A stretch of DNA of 64,000 bases. Source: a bacterium. Its GTDB lineage: Bacteria; Zhuqueibacterota; Zhuqueibacteria; Residuimicrobiales; Krinioviventaceae. A model generated the notes under the pieces. It had not been told where the DNA came from, did not search any database, and worked only from the letters and a program-made list of their open reading frames with translations. Position 1 is the first letter of the stretch. Every line of letters starts with the position of its first letter. Location of the stretch: assembly GCA_963674595.2 (NCBI GenBank), contig CAXXFV010000007.1, positions 63,280 through 127,279 of the forward strand, in the 5' to 3' direction. Below, piece by piece: positions 51,396-62,061 of this stretch. The translations under genes were made by a program, and so were the position numbers.

Positions 51396-51927
51396 ACAAG
51401 CTGTGTTTTTTGACAGGGACAATACCATTATTTTTGATGTTCCCTATTCAGGGGACCCGTCAAAAGTTGAACTGGTGCCTCATATAAAAGATGCTTTAAT
51501 TATTTTAAAAGAAAACGGATTCGAGTTATTTATCATCTCCAATCAGTCCGGAGTCGGCAGGGGATTGATAACAGAAGAACAAGTGCAAGCTGTGAATGAT
51601 AAAGTACAGTCCTTGCTTGGCATACAGTTCACTGCTATTTATAATTGTTTTGATGCACCGGACAATCCTGTACAAAAATGCCGAAAACCTTTCCCAAAAA
51701 TGATTTTGCAAGCTTGTAAAGATTATCCGATTAATCCTAAAAAATCTTTTATGGTGGGTGATAAAAAAAGTGATATTTTGGCCGGTATTTCTGCCGGTTG
51801 TAAAACAGCGCTTTATTCTTTAAAAAGTAAACAATCAGATATTAACGATGTGGAGAACATTGTCGATTTCATTTCCGATGATATTTTGACGATAGCAAAC
51901 TGGATGTGTCGTCAAAAAATCGAATAA
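51385..51927 (+). CDS. gmhB: Heptose 1,7-bisphosphate phosphatase (HAD IIIA)
   Basis: FFDRDNT, SNQSGVGRG, CRKP and MVGD. Confidence 0.88.
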   Translation: MKNKQAVFFDRDNTIIFDVPYSGDPSKVELVPHIKDALIILKENGFELFIISNQSGVGRGLITEEQVQAVNDKVQSLLGIQFTAIYNCFDAPDNPVQKCRKPFPKMILQACKDYPINPKKSFMVGDKKSDILAGISAGCKTALYSLKSKQSDINDVENIVDFISDDILTIANWMCRQKIE

Positions 51928-52086
51928 AATGTGTCAGGGAACTGTTTTTCCTATAGAAAAATAACCTTGACACTCTATAAAATTTGTACTATTTTTATAG
52001 TCGCGGTAAAAAGTCAATTAGCCTAATAATAATATATATTTAATTAGCAATCCCCCTCAAACCCTTAAAACCCAATAGGAGGGCTA

Positions 52087-53253
52087 ATGAACTTTAAACT
52101 TGCGGACCGAATGTCCCGCCTTGGTACTGAAACTGCTTTTGAAGTATTGGCTAAAGCAAAAGCGATGGAAGCACAAGGCAAGGAAATAATCCATCTGGAA
52201 ATTGGAGAACCGGATTTTGATACACCTGTACATATTAAAAATGCTGCAATCAAAGCCCTTGAACAAGGAAAAACAGGTTATTCTCCCGCTCCAGGAATTC
52301 CCGAACTTCGCCAGGTTATAGCTAAAGATGCCGGTGAAAAACGTAACATTACGTTTGCCCCGGAAAATGTTGTTGTAACACCCGGAGCCAAACCAATAAT
52401 TTATTTTGTTATCCATGCTCTGGTAAACAGCGGTGAAGAGGTCATATATCCGAATCCCGGATTTCCGATTTACGAATCTGTTATCAATTTTATTGATGCC
52501 AAAGCAGTTCCAATACCGTTACGTGAGGAAATGGATTTTCGATTTGATGTGGATGAATTCGAGTCCCTTATAACTCCAAAAACAAAACTGGTTATTCTTA
52601 ATTATCCACAGAATCCCACCGGCGGGAATCTTGGAAAAGAAGACCTGAAAAAGATCGCGCAACTGGCCGTAAAACATGATTTTTATGTTCTGGCAGATGA
52701 AGTTTACCTGAACATAATTTATGATCATAAATTTGAAAGTATTATTCAATTTCCGGGAATGCCGGAAAGGACAATTATTCTTGACGGTTTTTCCAAAACC
52801 TATGCGATGACCGGCTGGCGATTGGGATATGGTATTATGCCGGTTGACCTGGCAGAACAAATGGCAAAATTGTCTATCAACAGTTTTTCCTGTACATCTC
52901 ATTTCAGTCAATACGGCGGCATTGAAGCCATCCGTGGACCTCAGGATGATGTACATAAAATGGTAGCAGAATTCAAAAAAAGACGTGATTTTATTGTCGA
53001 TGGATTAAACGATATCGATGGAATTTCCTGCCGCACACCACAAGGCGCGTTTTATGTTTTTCCAAACATAACGCAAACCGGACTAACGTCACGCGAAATG
53101 GAAACACTGTTGTTGGAAAAAGCCGGTGTTGCCGCTTTATCCGGAACAGCATTTGGCCAATATGGTGAAGGATATATTCGCCTTTCCTATGCCAATTCTA
53201 TTGAAAATATTGACCGGGCTTTACAGAAAATGAAGGCCCTTAGCAAAATGTAA
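52087..53253 (+). CDS. Class I/II PLP-dependent (aspartate) aminotransferase
   Basis: IGEPDF, NPTG and GFSKTYAMTGWRLGY. Confidence 0.95.
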   Translation: MNFKLADRMSRLGTETAFEVLAKAKAMEAQGKEIIHLEIGEPDFDTPVHIKNAAIKALEQGKTGYSPAPGIPELRQVIAKDAGEKRNITFAPENVVVTPGAKPIIYFVIHALVNSGEEVIYPNPGFPIYESVINFIDAKAVPIPLREEMDFRFDVDEFESLITPKTKLVILNYPQNPTGGNLGKEDLKKIAQLAVKHDFYVLADEVYLNIIYDHKFESIIQFPGMPERTIILDGFSKTYAMTGWRLGYGIMPVDLAEQMAKLSINSFSCTSHFSQYGGIEAIRGPQDDVHKMVAEFKKRRDFIVDGLNDIDGISCRTPQGAFYVFPNITQTGLTSREMETLLLEKAGVAALSGTAFGQYGEGYIRLSYANSIENIDRALQKMKALSKM

Positions 53254-53271
53254 CTAAAAAAGGAAAACAGA

Positions 53272-54357
53272 GTGCAAGTTCAAAAAACCGGATTTTACGA
53301 TATCCACCAAAAACTTGGCGCTAAAATTGTCGAGTTTGCAGGATATTACATGCCCATCCAATACAAGGGCATTATACAGGAACATAAAAGAGTCCGTGAA
53401 ACTGTTGGTTTGTTTGATGTTTCACACATGGGCGAGTTTGTTGTTAAAGGCGAAAACGCACTGGACTTTTTACAAAAAATTACCATCAATGATGTTTCTG
53501 CCTTACAGGTCAACCAGGTCCAATACAGCGCCATGTGTTATGAAAACGGCGGCATTGTGGACGATCTTTTGGTTTACCGTTTACCGGACCATTATCTCAT
53601 GGTTGTAAATGCCTCAAATCTTGATAAAGATTTTGAATGGGCACAACAGCATCTTTTACCGAATGTTTCTTTGGAAAATATAAGTGATGAATGCAGTCTG
53701 CTGGCCCTTCAGGGACCTGACGCTGTAGCTGTTTTGCAAAAGCTTACGGATGTTGAGCTGGATAAAATCAAATTTTATTGGCTGGCAAGCGGCACTGTTG
53801 CCGGTGTTGATATGATGATTTCCCGTACCGGTTATACCGGTGAACCCGGTTTTGAATTGTGTTTCCCAAAAGAAGATTCTGAAAAAGTTTGGGAAGCAAT
53901 TATGCAAGCCGGACAGGAATTTGATATTGAACCTATCGGCCTTGGTGCACGCGATACATTGAGACTGGAGATGAAATATTGTCTTTATGGCAATGATATT
54001 GATGCCACCACTAATCCCTTGGAAGCTGGTTTGGGATGGATTACCAAATTGAAGAAAGGTGATTTTATCGGCAAGGATGCCATTGTTGCTGCAAAAGAGC
54101 AAGGTCTTGGACGAAAACTTGTCGGATTTGAACTCGACGGTAAAGGTTTTCCCAGACATGGTTATACCATTGAAAAAGACGGAAAAGAAATTGGTTTTGT
54201 AACCAGCGGAACGGTTTCGCCCATGCTGAACAAAGGTATTGGTATGGCCTATGTTTCCAGTGAATTCGCTGCAGTTGGGACGACAATTGATATCAAGATA
54301 CGCAATTCTAATGTCCCGGCTACGGTTGTAAAAACACCCTTTTATCAAAAAGCCTGA
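53272..54357 (+). CDS. gcvT: Glycine cleavage system aminomethyltransferase T
   Basis: GLFDVSHMGE, SRTGYTGEPGFE and GLGARDTLRLE. Confidence 0.98.
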   Translation: MQVQKTGFYDIHQKLGAKIVEFAGYYMPIQYKGIIQEHKRVRETVGLFDVSHMGEFVVKGENALDFLQKITINDVSALQVNQVQYSAMCYENGGIVDDLLVYRLPDHYLMVVNASNLDKDFEWAQQHLLPNVSLENISDECSLLALQGPDAVAVLQKLTDVELDKIKFYWLASGTVAGVDMMISRTGYTGEPGFELCFPKEDSEKVWEAIMQAGQEFDIEPIGLGARDTLRLEMKYCLYGNDIDATTNPLEAGLGWITKLKKGDFIGKDAIVAAKEQGLGRKLVGFELDGKGFPRHGYTIEKDGKEIGFVTSGTVSPMLNKGIGMAYVSSEFAAVGTTIDIKIRNSNVPATVVKTPFYQKA

Positions 54358-54378
54358 TCTTTTGGTACCCGGTGTTTT

Positions 54379-55098
54379 ATGACGTTAAAATGTGATGTGT
54401 TTCCCGTACCACGGGAAAATCCGGTTTTTGAGAATAATGATGTTATAGTTGTAATTGATGTTCTAAGGGCCACGACCACTATGGTCACGGCCTTTGAACA
54501 TGGTTGCAAACAAATAGTGCCGGTCATGCAGGTCCAAAATGCGTTTGACCGGGCTGCTGAATTACAAAAGACAGAGTCGGTTGTTATCGGCGGAGAGCGT
54601 AAAGGAAAACGGGTAGAAGGTTTTGATTTTGGCAATTCTCCGCTGGAATATCAAGTTGACTTGTTACGCGAAAAAACGATTATTATGACAACAACCAACG
54701 GCACCCGTGCTTTGGTTTTAAATCAACAGGCTCCGCATGTTTTAATTGCCTGTTTGCGGAATATTCAGGCCGTTCTTATAAAAATTGCACAATTGAAAGG
54801 AAATGTAACAATTGTTTGCGCCGGTACAGACGGTCACGAAACCCTTGAGGACAGTGTCTGTGCAGGACTGATTGCAAAGGAATTGGCAGAACAATTTTCT
54901 TTTCAATTAACTCCGGATGCTGATAAAGTTAAACTTTTGGCAGAACAAAACCAGTATGATCTGTTAGCCATGTTGTTAAAAAGCCCTCATGGCGCTTATT
55001 TAAAAAGTATCGGATTTATGGATGATTTAAAATTTTGTTCCAAAAGAGATGTCTCTGAAATGGTACCCATGTTTAAAAATGATTGTATTATGATATAA
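54379..55098 (+). CDS. comB: 2-phosphosulfolactate phosphatase family protein
   Basis: VIDVLRATTT, GGER, DFGNSP and TTTNGT. Confidence 0.92.
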   Translation: MTLKCDVFPVPRENPVFENNDVIVVIDVLRATTTMVTAFEHGCKQIVPVMQVQNAFDRAAELQKTESVVIGGERKGKRVEGFDFGNSPLEYQVDLLREKTIIMTTTNGTRALVLNQQAPHVLIACLRNIQAVLIKIAQLKGNVTIVCAGTDGHETLEDSVCAGLIAKELAEQFSFQLTPDADKVKLLAEQNQYDLLAMLLKSPHGAYLKSIGFMDDLKFCSKRDVSEMVPMFKNDCIMI

Positions 55099-55110
55099 TT
55101 TGATTTTATT

Positions 55111-57525
55111 ATGCGAAAAAAACTGACTCAAAAGAAAAGACAATCTGTAAAATCAGTACAGCTTCCTCCGGAAGTTAAGCAGCGAAAACAGGAAGAGATG
55201 TTGGGCGTGTTGCTTATTCTTCTGGGTGTTCTTGTATTGATTGCACTGTTTACGTATAATTCTCAGGAAATCCCGGAATCAGGGCAAATAGATTATCGCC
55301 AGGTTAAAAACGGACTTGGAATTGTCGGTGTTTATATTTCGCATTATCTTATACGATGGACAATAGGCTTTCCCATTGTTGTGCTGCCGTTTTTAATTAT
55401 TGCCTGGGGTATAAACAGACTGTTACGAAAAAACGCGGAACAGCTTTTTCGATGGACTGTTTTATCAGCTTTGTTTGCTCTGTTTGTATCTGTGAGTTTT
55501 GCTCTGCATGAATCATTATCCGTGGCGGCAAATGCAGCGCCCTCATTTCAGTTTTCAGGACGGTTTGGAGGGTATGGCGCCAAACTGTTGTTATTGATTT
55601 TTGGGGCTTATGGGTCCATTGTTGTTCTTATCGGTCTTATTCTGATGACCTTTCTTTTTGCAACAACCATAACTATCAGCCAGGTATATGTAACCGTATC
55701 ATTGTTTTTATCACGATTTTTTTCGAGTATCGTTTTAACCTGGCGAAAATCATTTCAGTTTAAAGATAAAAAACGACCTTTTCAAACTGGTCCTGTTATT
55801 CAGCAGAACAAAATCAATCGGCCTGTTTTAGAAAAACCGCCATACAAAGAAGATGAAGAGGATGATTTTTACAAAAACGATACGGAACCGCTGATCTCTC
55901 GTCGTCAGATTGAAAAACCGATGCAGCTTGACCTTCAGTTGGAGGAAGATGAGTCTGATCAATTAGAAGAGGAACAAAATGATGATCAGCTCGATGTACC
56001 GATAGAGAATGAACAAAAACCTTATGTATATCCGCCTTTGGATATTTTACATCTTGATGAATCGGACACAGAATCACTTGACGAAGATACATTACGGGAA
56101 AACGGTAATTTATTACAAGCAACACTTGGTGATTTTGGAATTCGCGCCAAGGTGATTGAAATTCACCCCGGTCCCGTTATTACACGATATGAATTAGAGT
56201 TGGCACCGGGCACCAAGGTGAGCAGAATTACCTCCTTATCGGATGATTTGGCGCTGGCGATGCGGGCCAAACGAATTCGAATTGTTGCCCCTGTTCCCGG
56301 AAAAGCAGCCGTAGGTATTGAACTGCCGAATCCTGATCCGGCCATTGTATATTTGCGTGAAATTTTAGACATCCCGGAATTTAAAGCTGCTGAATCTCCC
56401 CTGACAATTGGATTCGGTAAAACCATCTCCGGTTCACCTTATCTCGCTGATCTGTCAAAAATGCCGCATTTGCTGGTTGCCGGTTCAACAGGTTCCGGTA
56501 AAAGTGTTTGTTTGAATACAATTATAACCAGTTTTTTATACAAGGCACATCCCTCTGAAGTGCAGCTTTTAATGATCGATCCGAAAAGACTGGAGCTTTC
56601 AAATTACGCCAAACTTTATAAACATCATTTAAATTATGTTGAAGGCGAAAAACAAAAAGTTGCAACAACAGCCAAATCCGCCATATCCGTCCTGCGGGCT
56701 GCTGAACAGGAAATGGAAAAGCGTTATAATAAATTGGCAGCAGCCGGTGTTCGTAATATTCAAGAGTATAATCAGCGCATCAAAGAGGGAAGCTATGCTC
56801 CTTATGGAGAGGAAAATCCGGATCCATTGCCTTACCTGGTCGTTATTGTTGATGAATTGGCTGATCTCATGCTAAGTTCCAGTGCTTCAAAGGACGTTGA
56901 AGAACCGATTGCCCGGTTGACACAAATGTCACGCGCAGTTGGAATACACCTGATTCTGGCAACACAACGCCCGTCTGTCGATGTTATTACCGGTGTTATA
57001 AAAGCAAATTTCCCGGCACGTATTGCTTTTCAGGTGGCATCAAAAGTGGATTCCAGGACCATCCTGGATATGAACGGTGCGGAAAAATTACTGGGTCGCG
57101 GCGATATGCTTTTTCTACCGCCGGCAAGTCCCGAACCCATTCGATTACACAACGCTTATATAAGTCTGGAAGAAATTGAAGAATTAATTGAACATATACG
57201 TCATCAACCGACAATTGAGAAAAAGCCTTTGCAGGCCTTTAAGGACGAAGAAGAAACTGAAGGATACAGTTATGAAGGAGGCGGCAAACGGGACCAACTG
57301 TTTGATGAAGCCATGAAATTGGTTATCAGACACCAGCAAGGTTCTGTTTCGTTAATTCAACGCCGTCTAAAAGTCGGATACTCCCGAGCAGCCCGCATTA
57401 TTGATGAACTTGAAGATGCCGGTGTTGTCGGGCCTTTTGAAGGCAGTAAAGCACGTGAAGTTCTGATCACTCCGGAAGAGTTGGAAGCCATGCAGTTTGA
57501 TCAGCCGGAAGACGAAGATTTTTAA
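55111..57525 (+). CDS. ftsK: DNA translocase FtsK
   Basis: N-terminal TMs, PHLLVAGSTGSGKS, ATQRPSVDVITG, gamma domain. Confidence 0.98.
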   Translation: MRKKLTQKKRQSVKSVQLPPEVKQRKQEEMLGVLLILLGVLVLIALFTYNSQEIPESGQIDYRQVKNGLGIVGVYISHYLIRWTIGFPIVVLPFLIIAWGINRLLRKNAEQLFRWTVLSALFALFVSVSFALHESLSVAANAAPSFQFSGRFGGYGAKLLLLIFGAYGSIVVLIGLILMTFLFATTITISQVYVTVSLFLSRFFSSIVLTWRKSFQFKDKKRPFQTGPVIQQNKINRPVLEKPPYKEDEEDDFYKNDTEPLISRRQIEKPMQLDLQLEEDESDQLEEEQNDDQLDVPIENEQKPYVYPPLDILHLDESDTESLDEDTLRENGNLLQATLGDFGIRAKVIEIHPGPVITRYELELAPGTKVSRITSLSDDLALAMRAKRIRIVAPVPGKAAVGIELPNPDPAIVYLREILDIPEFKAAESPLTIGFGKTISGSPYLADLSKMPHLLVAGSTGSGKSVCLNTIITSFLYKAHPSEVQLLMIDPKRLELSNYAKLYKHHLNYVEGEKQKVATTAKSAISVLRAAEQEMEKRYNKLAAAGVRNIQEYNQRIKEGSYAPYGEENPDPLPYLVVIVDELADLMLSSSASKDVEEPIARLTQMSRAVGIHLILATQRPSVDVITGVIKANFPARIAFQVASKVDSRTILDMNGAEKLLGRGDMLFLPPASPEPIRLHNAYISLEEIEELIEHIRHQPTIEKKPLQAFKDEEETEGYSYEGGGKRDQLFDEAMKLVIRHQQGSVSLIQRRLKVGYSRAARIIDELEDAGVVGPFEGSKAREVLITPEELEAMQFDQPEDEDF

Positions 57526-57545
57526 GCTATATAGGAAGTTAATTT

Positions 57546-58172
57546 ATGAAATTAAAAAATCCACTTTATACCATTATTATTTTATTATCCTGTGCGCTGG
57601 GCCTTTTTGCCAAAGAAGACGATCCTCAAAAAATTTTGGACAAGGTTCAAAACAAATATGAAAAAAATCACAATCTTTGTATTGATTTTGTTCAAACATT
57701 TGTATGGGAAATGGCAAATGAAGAGCAAATGGTTGAAGGAAAAATTAAAGTTCAGGATGGTACTAAATTTTTAATAGAAACTCCGGACCAACGCCTTGTT
57801 TGTGATGGTAAAACACTTTGGACATTTAATTTTGTAAACAAACAGGTAATGGTTGATAACGCTTCAAAACAAAGTCAAAAAATACCGTTCATTCAGGAAT
57901 ATTTATCCGTATATAAAGAAAATTACAATGCCAAATTAATGAGTAATAAAGACGACTATATAATTGAACTGACTTCAAAAAATCAAGATCAATATATTGT
58001 TAAAATAATTCTTGATGTTGATGATAATTTTATTGTTAAAAATATTGAACAGATAGATACAAATAACAATAAAACAATTTACAAAATTAATGATGTATCT
58101 TTTGATTGTGTATTACAGGCGAATGATTTTAAGCCGTCTGTTGAGGGTTTTGAGCTTGTTGACCTTAGATAA
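57546..58172 (+). CDS. lolA: Outer membrane lipoprotein carrier LolA family
   Basis: Follows ftsK; FVQT, LVCDGKTLWTF and signal peptide. Confidence 0.85.
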   Translation: MKLKNPLYTIIILLSCALGLFAKEDDPQKILDKVQNKYEKNHNLCIDFVQTFVWEMANEEQMVEGKIKVQDGTKFLIETPDQRLVCDGKTLWTFNFVNKQVMVDNASKQSQKIPFIQEYLSVYKENYNAKLMSNKDDYIIELTSKNQDQYIVKIILDVDDNFIVKNIEQIDTNNNKTIYKINDVSFDCVLQANDFKPSVEGFELVDLR

Positions 58173-58591
58173 ACTGATAAAACTATAAAAACACCTTGAT
58201 TTAAAAGAAAAAATTATTAACTTTCCTTATGTGGTTGGGCTTATTTAACTTGGGACGTGTAGCTTACAGCCTTTCAATTGGGACATCGGATTTTATTAAA
58301 AAAAACTTGTTTTTTAAAAGAATAATTGTATTTTGTAAAGAATTATTTTCGTTAAAAAAAGTACTATTTTTTATAAAAGATAATTTTTTTTCTAAAGATT
58401 TTAATCTGTTTTCAGGATTTATCTTTATTAAATCGTGGGCAATTTATTTTGGAATATAGATTATAAAAGGGAAATAAGAATTAACTATCAATTGTTGTTT
58501 AAGTGCTTACTATTGCATTTAACAACGCTCGAGACACTTTGCTAAATTTTCATTTAAAAAACTAAAAATGGGATAAGCTGAAGGGAAAAAT

Positions 58592-58930
58592 ATGGTCTCA
58601 TCAAATGGTTACAGCTTTCCGCACAATGCGCTGGAACAGGCTCAAAAAACAGCAAAAGGATGGCGGGAACTCGAGCAGAGGTTGGATATTACAGTGTTGG
58701 ACATTGAAGATTTTGAGCAACTTATTGAAAAGGCAACGGAACTATCAGATAAATGTAATGCACTACGCGAGGAACGGAGCAAAATTGTCGCTGAACGAAA
58801 TAAAATCCTTAACGAAATGTGGGGTCATACAAAGCGGATACGGAATGCGGCAAAGTCAATACTTGGAGATGATTCACCGGATATGCGTGCGCTGGGATTG
58901 TTGCCTGTAAATGCTCGACGTAAAAAATAA
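58592..58930 (+). CDS. Helical hypothetical protein
   Basis: 112-aa ORF with RBS-like AAGGG, coiled coil and GDDSP...G..basic tail. Confidence 0.75.
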   Translation: MVSSNGYSFPHNALEQAQKTAKGWRELEQRLDITVLDIEDFEQLIEKATELSDKCNALREERSKIVAERNKILNEMWGHTKRIRNAAKSILGDDSPDMRALGLLPVNARRKK

Positions 58931-59036
58931 ATCAATGGTATTAATTTTGCCTTAGTTTATAAATTCATTTTATTTAAAGTACAAAAAACTTTAAATATGT
59001 ATGTATGTGTGACTCTTAAAAAGGAATTGTTTAAAA

Positions 59037-59537
59037 ATGAAACAGTTGTCAGGCATCGTCACTTTATTTTTAGTGTTGCTGAGTTTTGTTTTAGTACAAG
59101 CTCAAACAGCTGGTTACAATAACCAGGGTGGAGCAGCACAATATTATTTGGGTGACAAAGATCAGGTCCTCATGCCGGTAAATATCTGGGGTTTTGTTGT
59201 AAAACCCGGACAATACATGGTACCCTATGGCACCGATCTTGTTTCTCTTTTATCTTATGCTGGTGGACCTCGTGAAGAGGCAAAAATTAAAAGCATCAAA
59301 GTTGTTCGTAATGGCGGGAGCACTGAAAGCGGGCAAAAAGAGCAGGTCATTGACGTTGATGTGAAAAATTTCCTGGAAACAGGCAAATCCGAAATTATAC
59401 CTGTTTTAAAACCTGGTGACACAGTTGTCGTTTCTGGAACGACGTTTCACTTTGTCAGCCGGTTTTTTGATTTTGCGTGGAAAATTGCAACGCTCGTTCA
59501 GGTATGGGCCTTTGTTCAATATTACGGTGGCAAGTAA
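59037..59537 (+). CDS. SLBB-domain polysaccharide export (Wza-like) protein
   Basis: VNIWGFVVKPGQY, LSYAGG and LKPGDTVVV; upstream of wzc. Confidence 0.85.
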   Translation: MKQLSGIVTLFLVLLSFVLVQAQTAGYNNQGGAAQYYLGDKDQVLMPVNIWGFVVKPGQYMVPYGTDLVSLLSYAGGPREEAKIKSIKVVRNGGSTESGQKEQVIDVDVKNFLETGKSEIIPVLKPGDTVVVSGTTFHFVSRFFDFAWKIATLVQVWAFVQYYGGK

Positions 59538-59566
59538 TCAGGCATCTATAAATTGTTAGGCAGCAA

Positions 59567-62017
59567 TTGTTTTATGAACATTTAAGAGTTGGAATATATA
59601 TGAATTCAAAGTCTTATTTTCAGTCAAATTTCGGGGGAAATGGTAACTCAAATCAACCGGTTTATGAGATTCAGGACCCTCAGGTTAGTTTTCGCGATTA
59701 TATTCGTATTTTATACAGAAGTCGTTGGGTTATTTTTATTTCTTTTATATTGGTAATGGTGGCAACGATTTATTATACATTTACAACAGAACCCGTTTAT
59801 GAAGCTGGCGCCAAGCTTATGATCAAGGAACAAGCCAGTATGGGCGAATCGTTGTTTGATATTACCAGTATGATGAAAAAAGAGACCATGATTAACAATC
59901 AGGTAGAAATATTAAAAAGTCGCACGTTGGCGGAAACAGTTATTAGTGACTTGAAAGCTTCTCCTGTGGCAGATCGATTGCGACTTTTAGGGTATCAGCC
60001 CGAAGATGTTAAACACCGTTTCAACCCGTTGGGATTTATCAAGAAATTACTACAAAGTGGCAACATGGACATGACAGAAGAATTCACCTCTGAAGAGGAA
60101 TTTAATAATCAGGTTCAGTTATTACGAGAATCCATCTCTGTTGCCCCCATTCGTAATACCGACATGGTTGAAATTAAAGTCAGTGCTTTTAGTGCAATAG
60201 AAGCCGCGTATCTGGCAAATGCGGTTGCGGAGGCTTTTTCTCGGACGAATAAAGAAGAAAGTCAGGCTGAAGTTCGTGAAGTACGTAACTTTTTGGAAGA
60301 ACAGCTTAAACAATATGAACGTGATCTTAGTCAGTCTGAAGAACGGTTAAAACAATATCAGGAAACTGCTAAAGTTGTCGCTCTTGATCAGGAAACTGAA
60401 GAACTGGTCCGTAAGATTGCTGAGTTTGAAACACTATTGAATTCTGCCAGAACAGATATGCAAGCAGCCCATAAACGCTTGGATTATATTGACACACAAT
60501 TAGCTAAACATGGTAAACATATTGATATTGAAACCATCTCTTCCGCCCCATATTTAGCTGAATTAAAAAAGCAAATTGCAGAAAAAGAAGCCAAGTTGGC
60601 ATCTTATACTGCATCGATGATTGAAATCGGCGAATCAGAAGATCTTAATCTTAAAGGAGAAAAGCAACTTCAGGAAAAACAAATTGAAGCTTTGAAAGAT
60701 AAATTTCGTTCCGAAGTTAGCAAGATTGCTGCTTCTGAATTTGTTGATCCTGCCTTATTGTCGGGTTCACTGATAACCAGCAAAATTGAAGTAGAAACGG
60801 AGCTACAGGCACTGAAACCCAAGGTTGAAGCTTTTGAAAAGATTGTAAAAAAGTACAATAATGAAATTGATTTGCTACCGGAAAAAAGCTTGAAATTAGC
60901 ACGCTTTAAACGTGCCGCTCAGGTTGACGAAAAAATATATATCATGCTGCAGGAAAAGTATCAGGAATCTAGAATTACCGAAGTTGGGCAACTTGGTAAT
61001 GTCAGGCCGATTGATCTGGCTAAAGCCCCCAAATTTCCTGTAAAACCGAAAAAGAGACTTAATATCTTACTGGGTCTTTTAATTGGAATTGGTTTAGGTG
61101 TTGGTATTGCTTTTGTTGTTGAATATATGGACAACACCGTAAGAACAATGGAAGATGTTGAACATTTGAACCTGCCTTTAATGGCAACAATTCCATATAT
61201 TAAGCCTGATCAGGCCAACGGGGTGATAAGCAGAATGACAAGAATAGATGATCCTGAGGCAGCGGATATAAATGAGCGTCTTGTCACTCATTTGAAACCC
61301 AAATCACCGATTTCTGAAGCTTATCGAACGCTTCGAACAAATATTTTATTTTCAGCTCCGGAAAATCCGAAACGTGTTATTCTGGTAACCAGTAGCGGAC
61401 CTCGTGAAGGCAAGTCAACATCCATTTCAAATTTAGCAATTACTTTTGCCCAAATGGGATCAAGAACGTTATTGATTGATGCTGACTTGAGAAAACCCAT
61501 GCTGCATAAATTGTTTGGTATGGAAAAGCAGGTTGGTTTAACAAATGTTCTAGTCGGCAAAGAAAAGTTGGAAAGTGCCGTTAAAAGAGTCGATGGTATG
61601 CAAAATCTCGACATTTTAACATGTGGCGTTATTCCGCCAAATCCGGCAGAGTTACTTGGTTCATTACCAATGAGAGAAATGTTGGCAGAGGCCAAGCAAC
61701 AATATGATATGATTTTGATTGATACGCCACCGATTATTGCTGTAACAGACCCGTCTGTGTTGGCAGGTATTGTAGATGGACTTATTCTTTTAATCCGTTC
61801 TGCTGTTTCCAATCGTGATGCCGTTTTGCATGCTGTGGATCAACTAAAAAGAGTAAATGCTCCGCTTCTGGGTGCTATATTAAATGATATTCAGGCTTCA
61901 AACGTGTATGGTTCTTATTACTATTATTACCACTATCATTACTATTATGGCACTGATGGTGAAAAAAAGAGAAAAAAGGCAACACGACACAAAAAAAGAA
62001 AACATAGCTATTCCTGA
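59567..62017 (+). CDS. wzc: Polysaccharide co-polymerase / tyrosine autokinase
   Basis: Two TMs, SEAYRTLRTN, Walker A GPREGKST, IDADLRKP, IDTPP, tyrosine cluster YGSYYYYYHYHYYYG. Likely start ATG 59600. Confidence 0.95.
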   Translation: MFYEHLRVGIYMNSKSYFQSNFGGNGNSNQPVYEIQDPQVSFRDYIRILYRSRWVIFISFILVMVATIYYTFTTEPVYEAGAKLMIKEQASMGESLFDITSMMKKETMINNQVEILKSRTLAETVISDLKASPVADRLRLLGYQPEDVKHRFNPLGFIKKLLQSGNMDMTEEFTSEEEFNNQVQLLRESISVAPIRNTDMVEIKVSAFSAIEAAYLANAVAEAFSRTNKEESQAEVREVRNFLEEQLKQYERDLSQSEERLKQYQETAKVVALDQETEELVRKIAEFETLLNSARTDMQAAHKRLDYIDTQLAKHGKHIDIETISSAPYLAELKKQIAEKEAKLASYTASMIEIGESEDLNLKGEKQLQEKQIEALKDKFRSEVSKIAASEFVDPALLSGSLITSKIEVETELQALKPKVEAFEKIVKKYNNEIDLLPEKSLKLARFKRAAQVDEKIYIMLQEKYQESRITEVGQLGNVRPIDLAKAPKFPVKPKKRLNILLGLLIGIGLGVGIAFVVEYMDNTVRTMEDVEHLNLPLMATIPYIKPDQANGVISRMTRIDDPEAADINERLVTHLKPKSPISEAYRTLRTNILFSAPENPKRVILVTSSGPREGKSTSISNLAITFAQMGSRTLLIDADLRKPMLHKLFGMEKQVGLTNVLVGKEKLESAVKRVDGMQNLDILTCGVIPPNPAELLGSLPMREMLAEAKQQYDMILIDTPPIIAVTDPSVLAGIVDGLILLIRSAVSNRDAVLHAVDQLKRVNAPLLGAILNDIQASNVYGSYYYYYHYHYYYGTDGEKKRKKATRHKKRKHSYS

Positions 62018-62061
62018 TTGTATTATTGCCAATAATGTTTGAAGATTAACTGGATAACTAT

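Noticed and set aside
53656-54348. 230-aa antisense ORF
   Set aside because: Shadow of gcvT.
58230-58295. c-di-GMP-I riboswitch (TGGGACG..AGC)
   Set aside because: Lacks the GGCAAA...GAAA tetraloop stem and the second hairpin.
58229-58459. 76-aa ORF in the spacer (also 22055..22237)
   Set aside because: F/K/I-rich translation of AT-rich intergenic DNA with no convincing RBS.
61905-61950. TAT/TAC trinucleotide-like repeat
   Set aside because: It encodes the normal Wzc tyrosine cluster.
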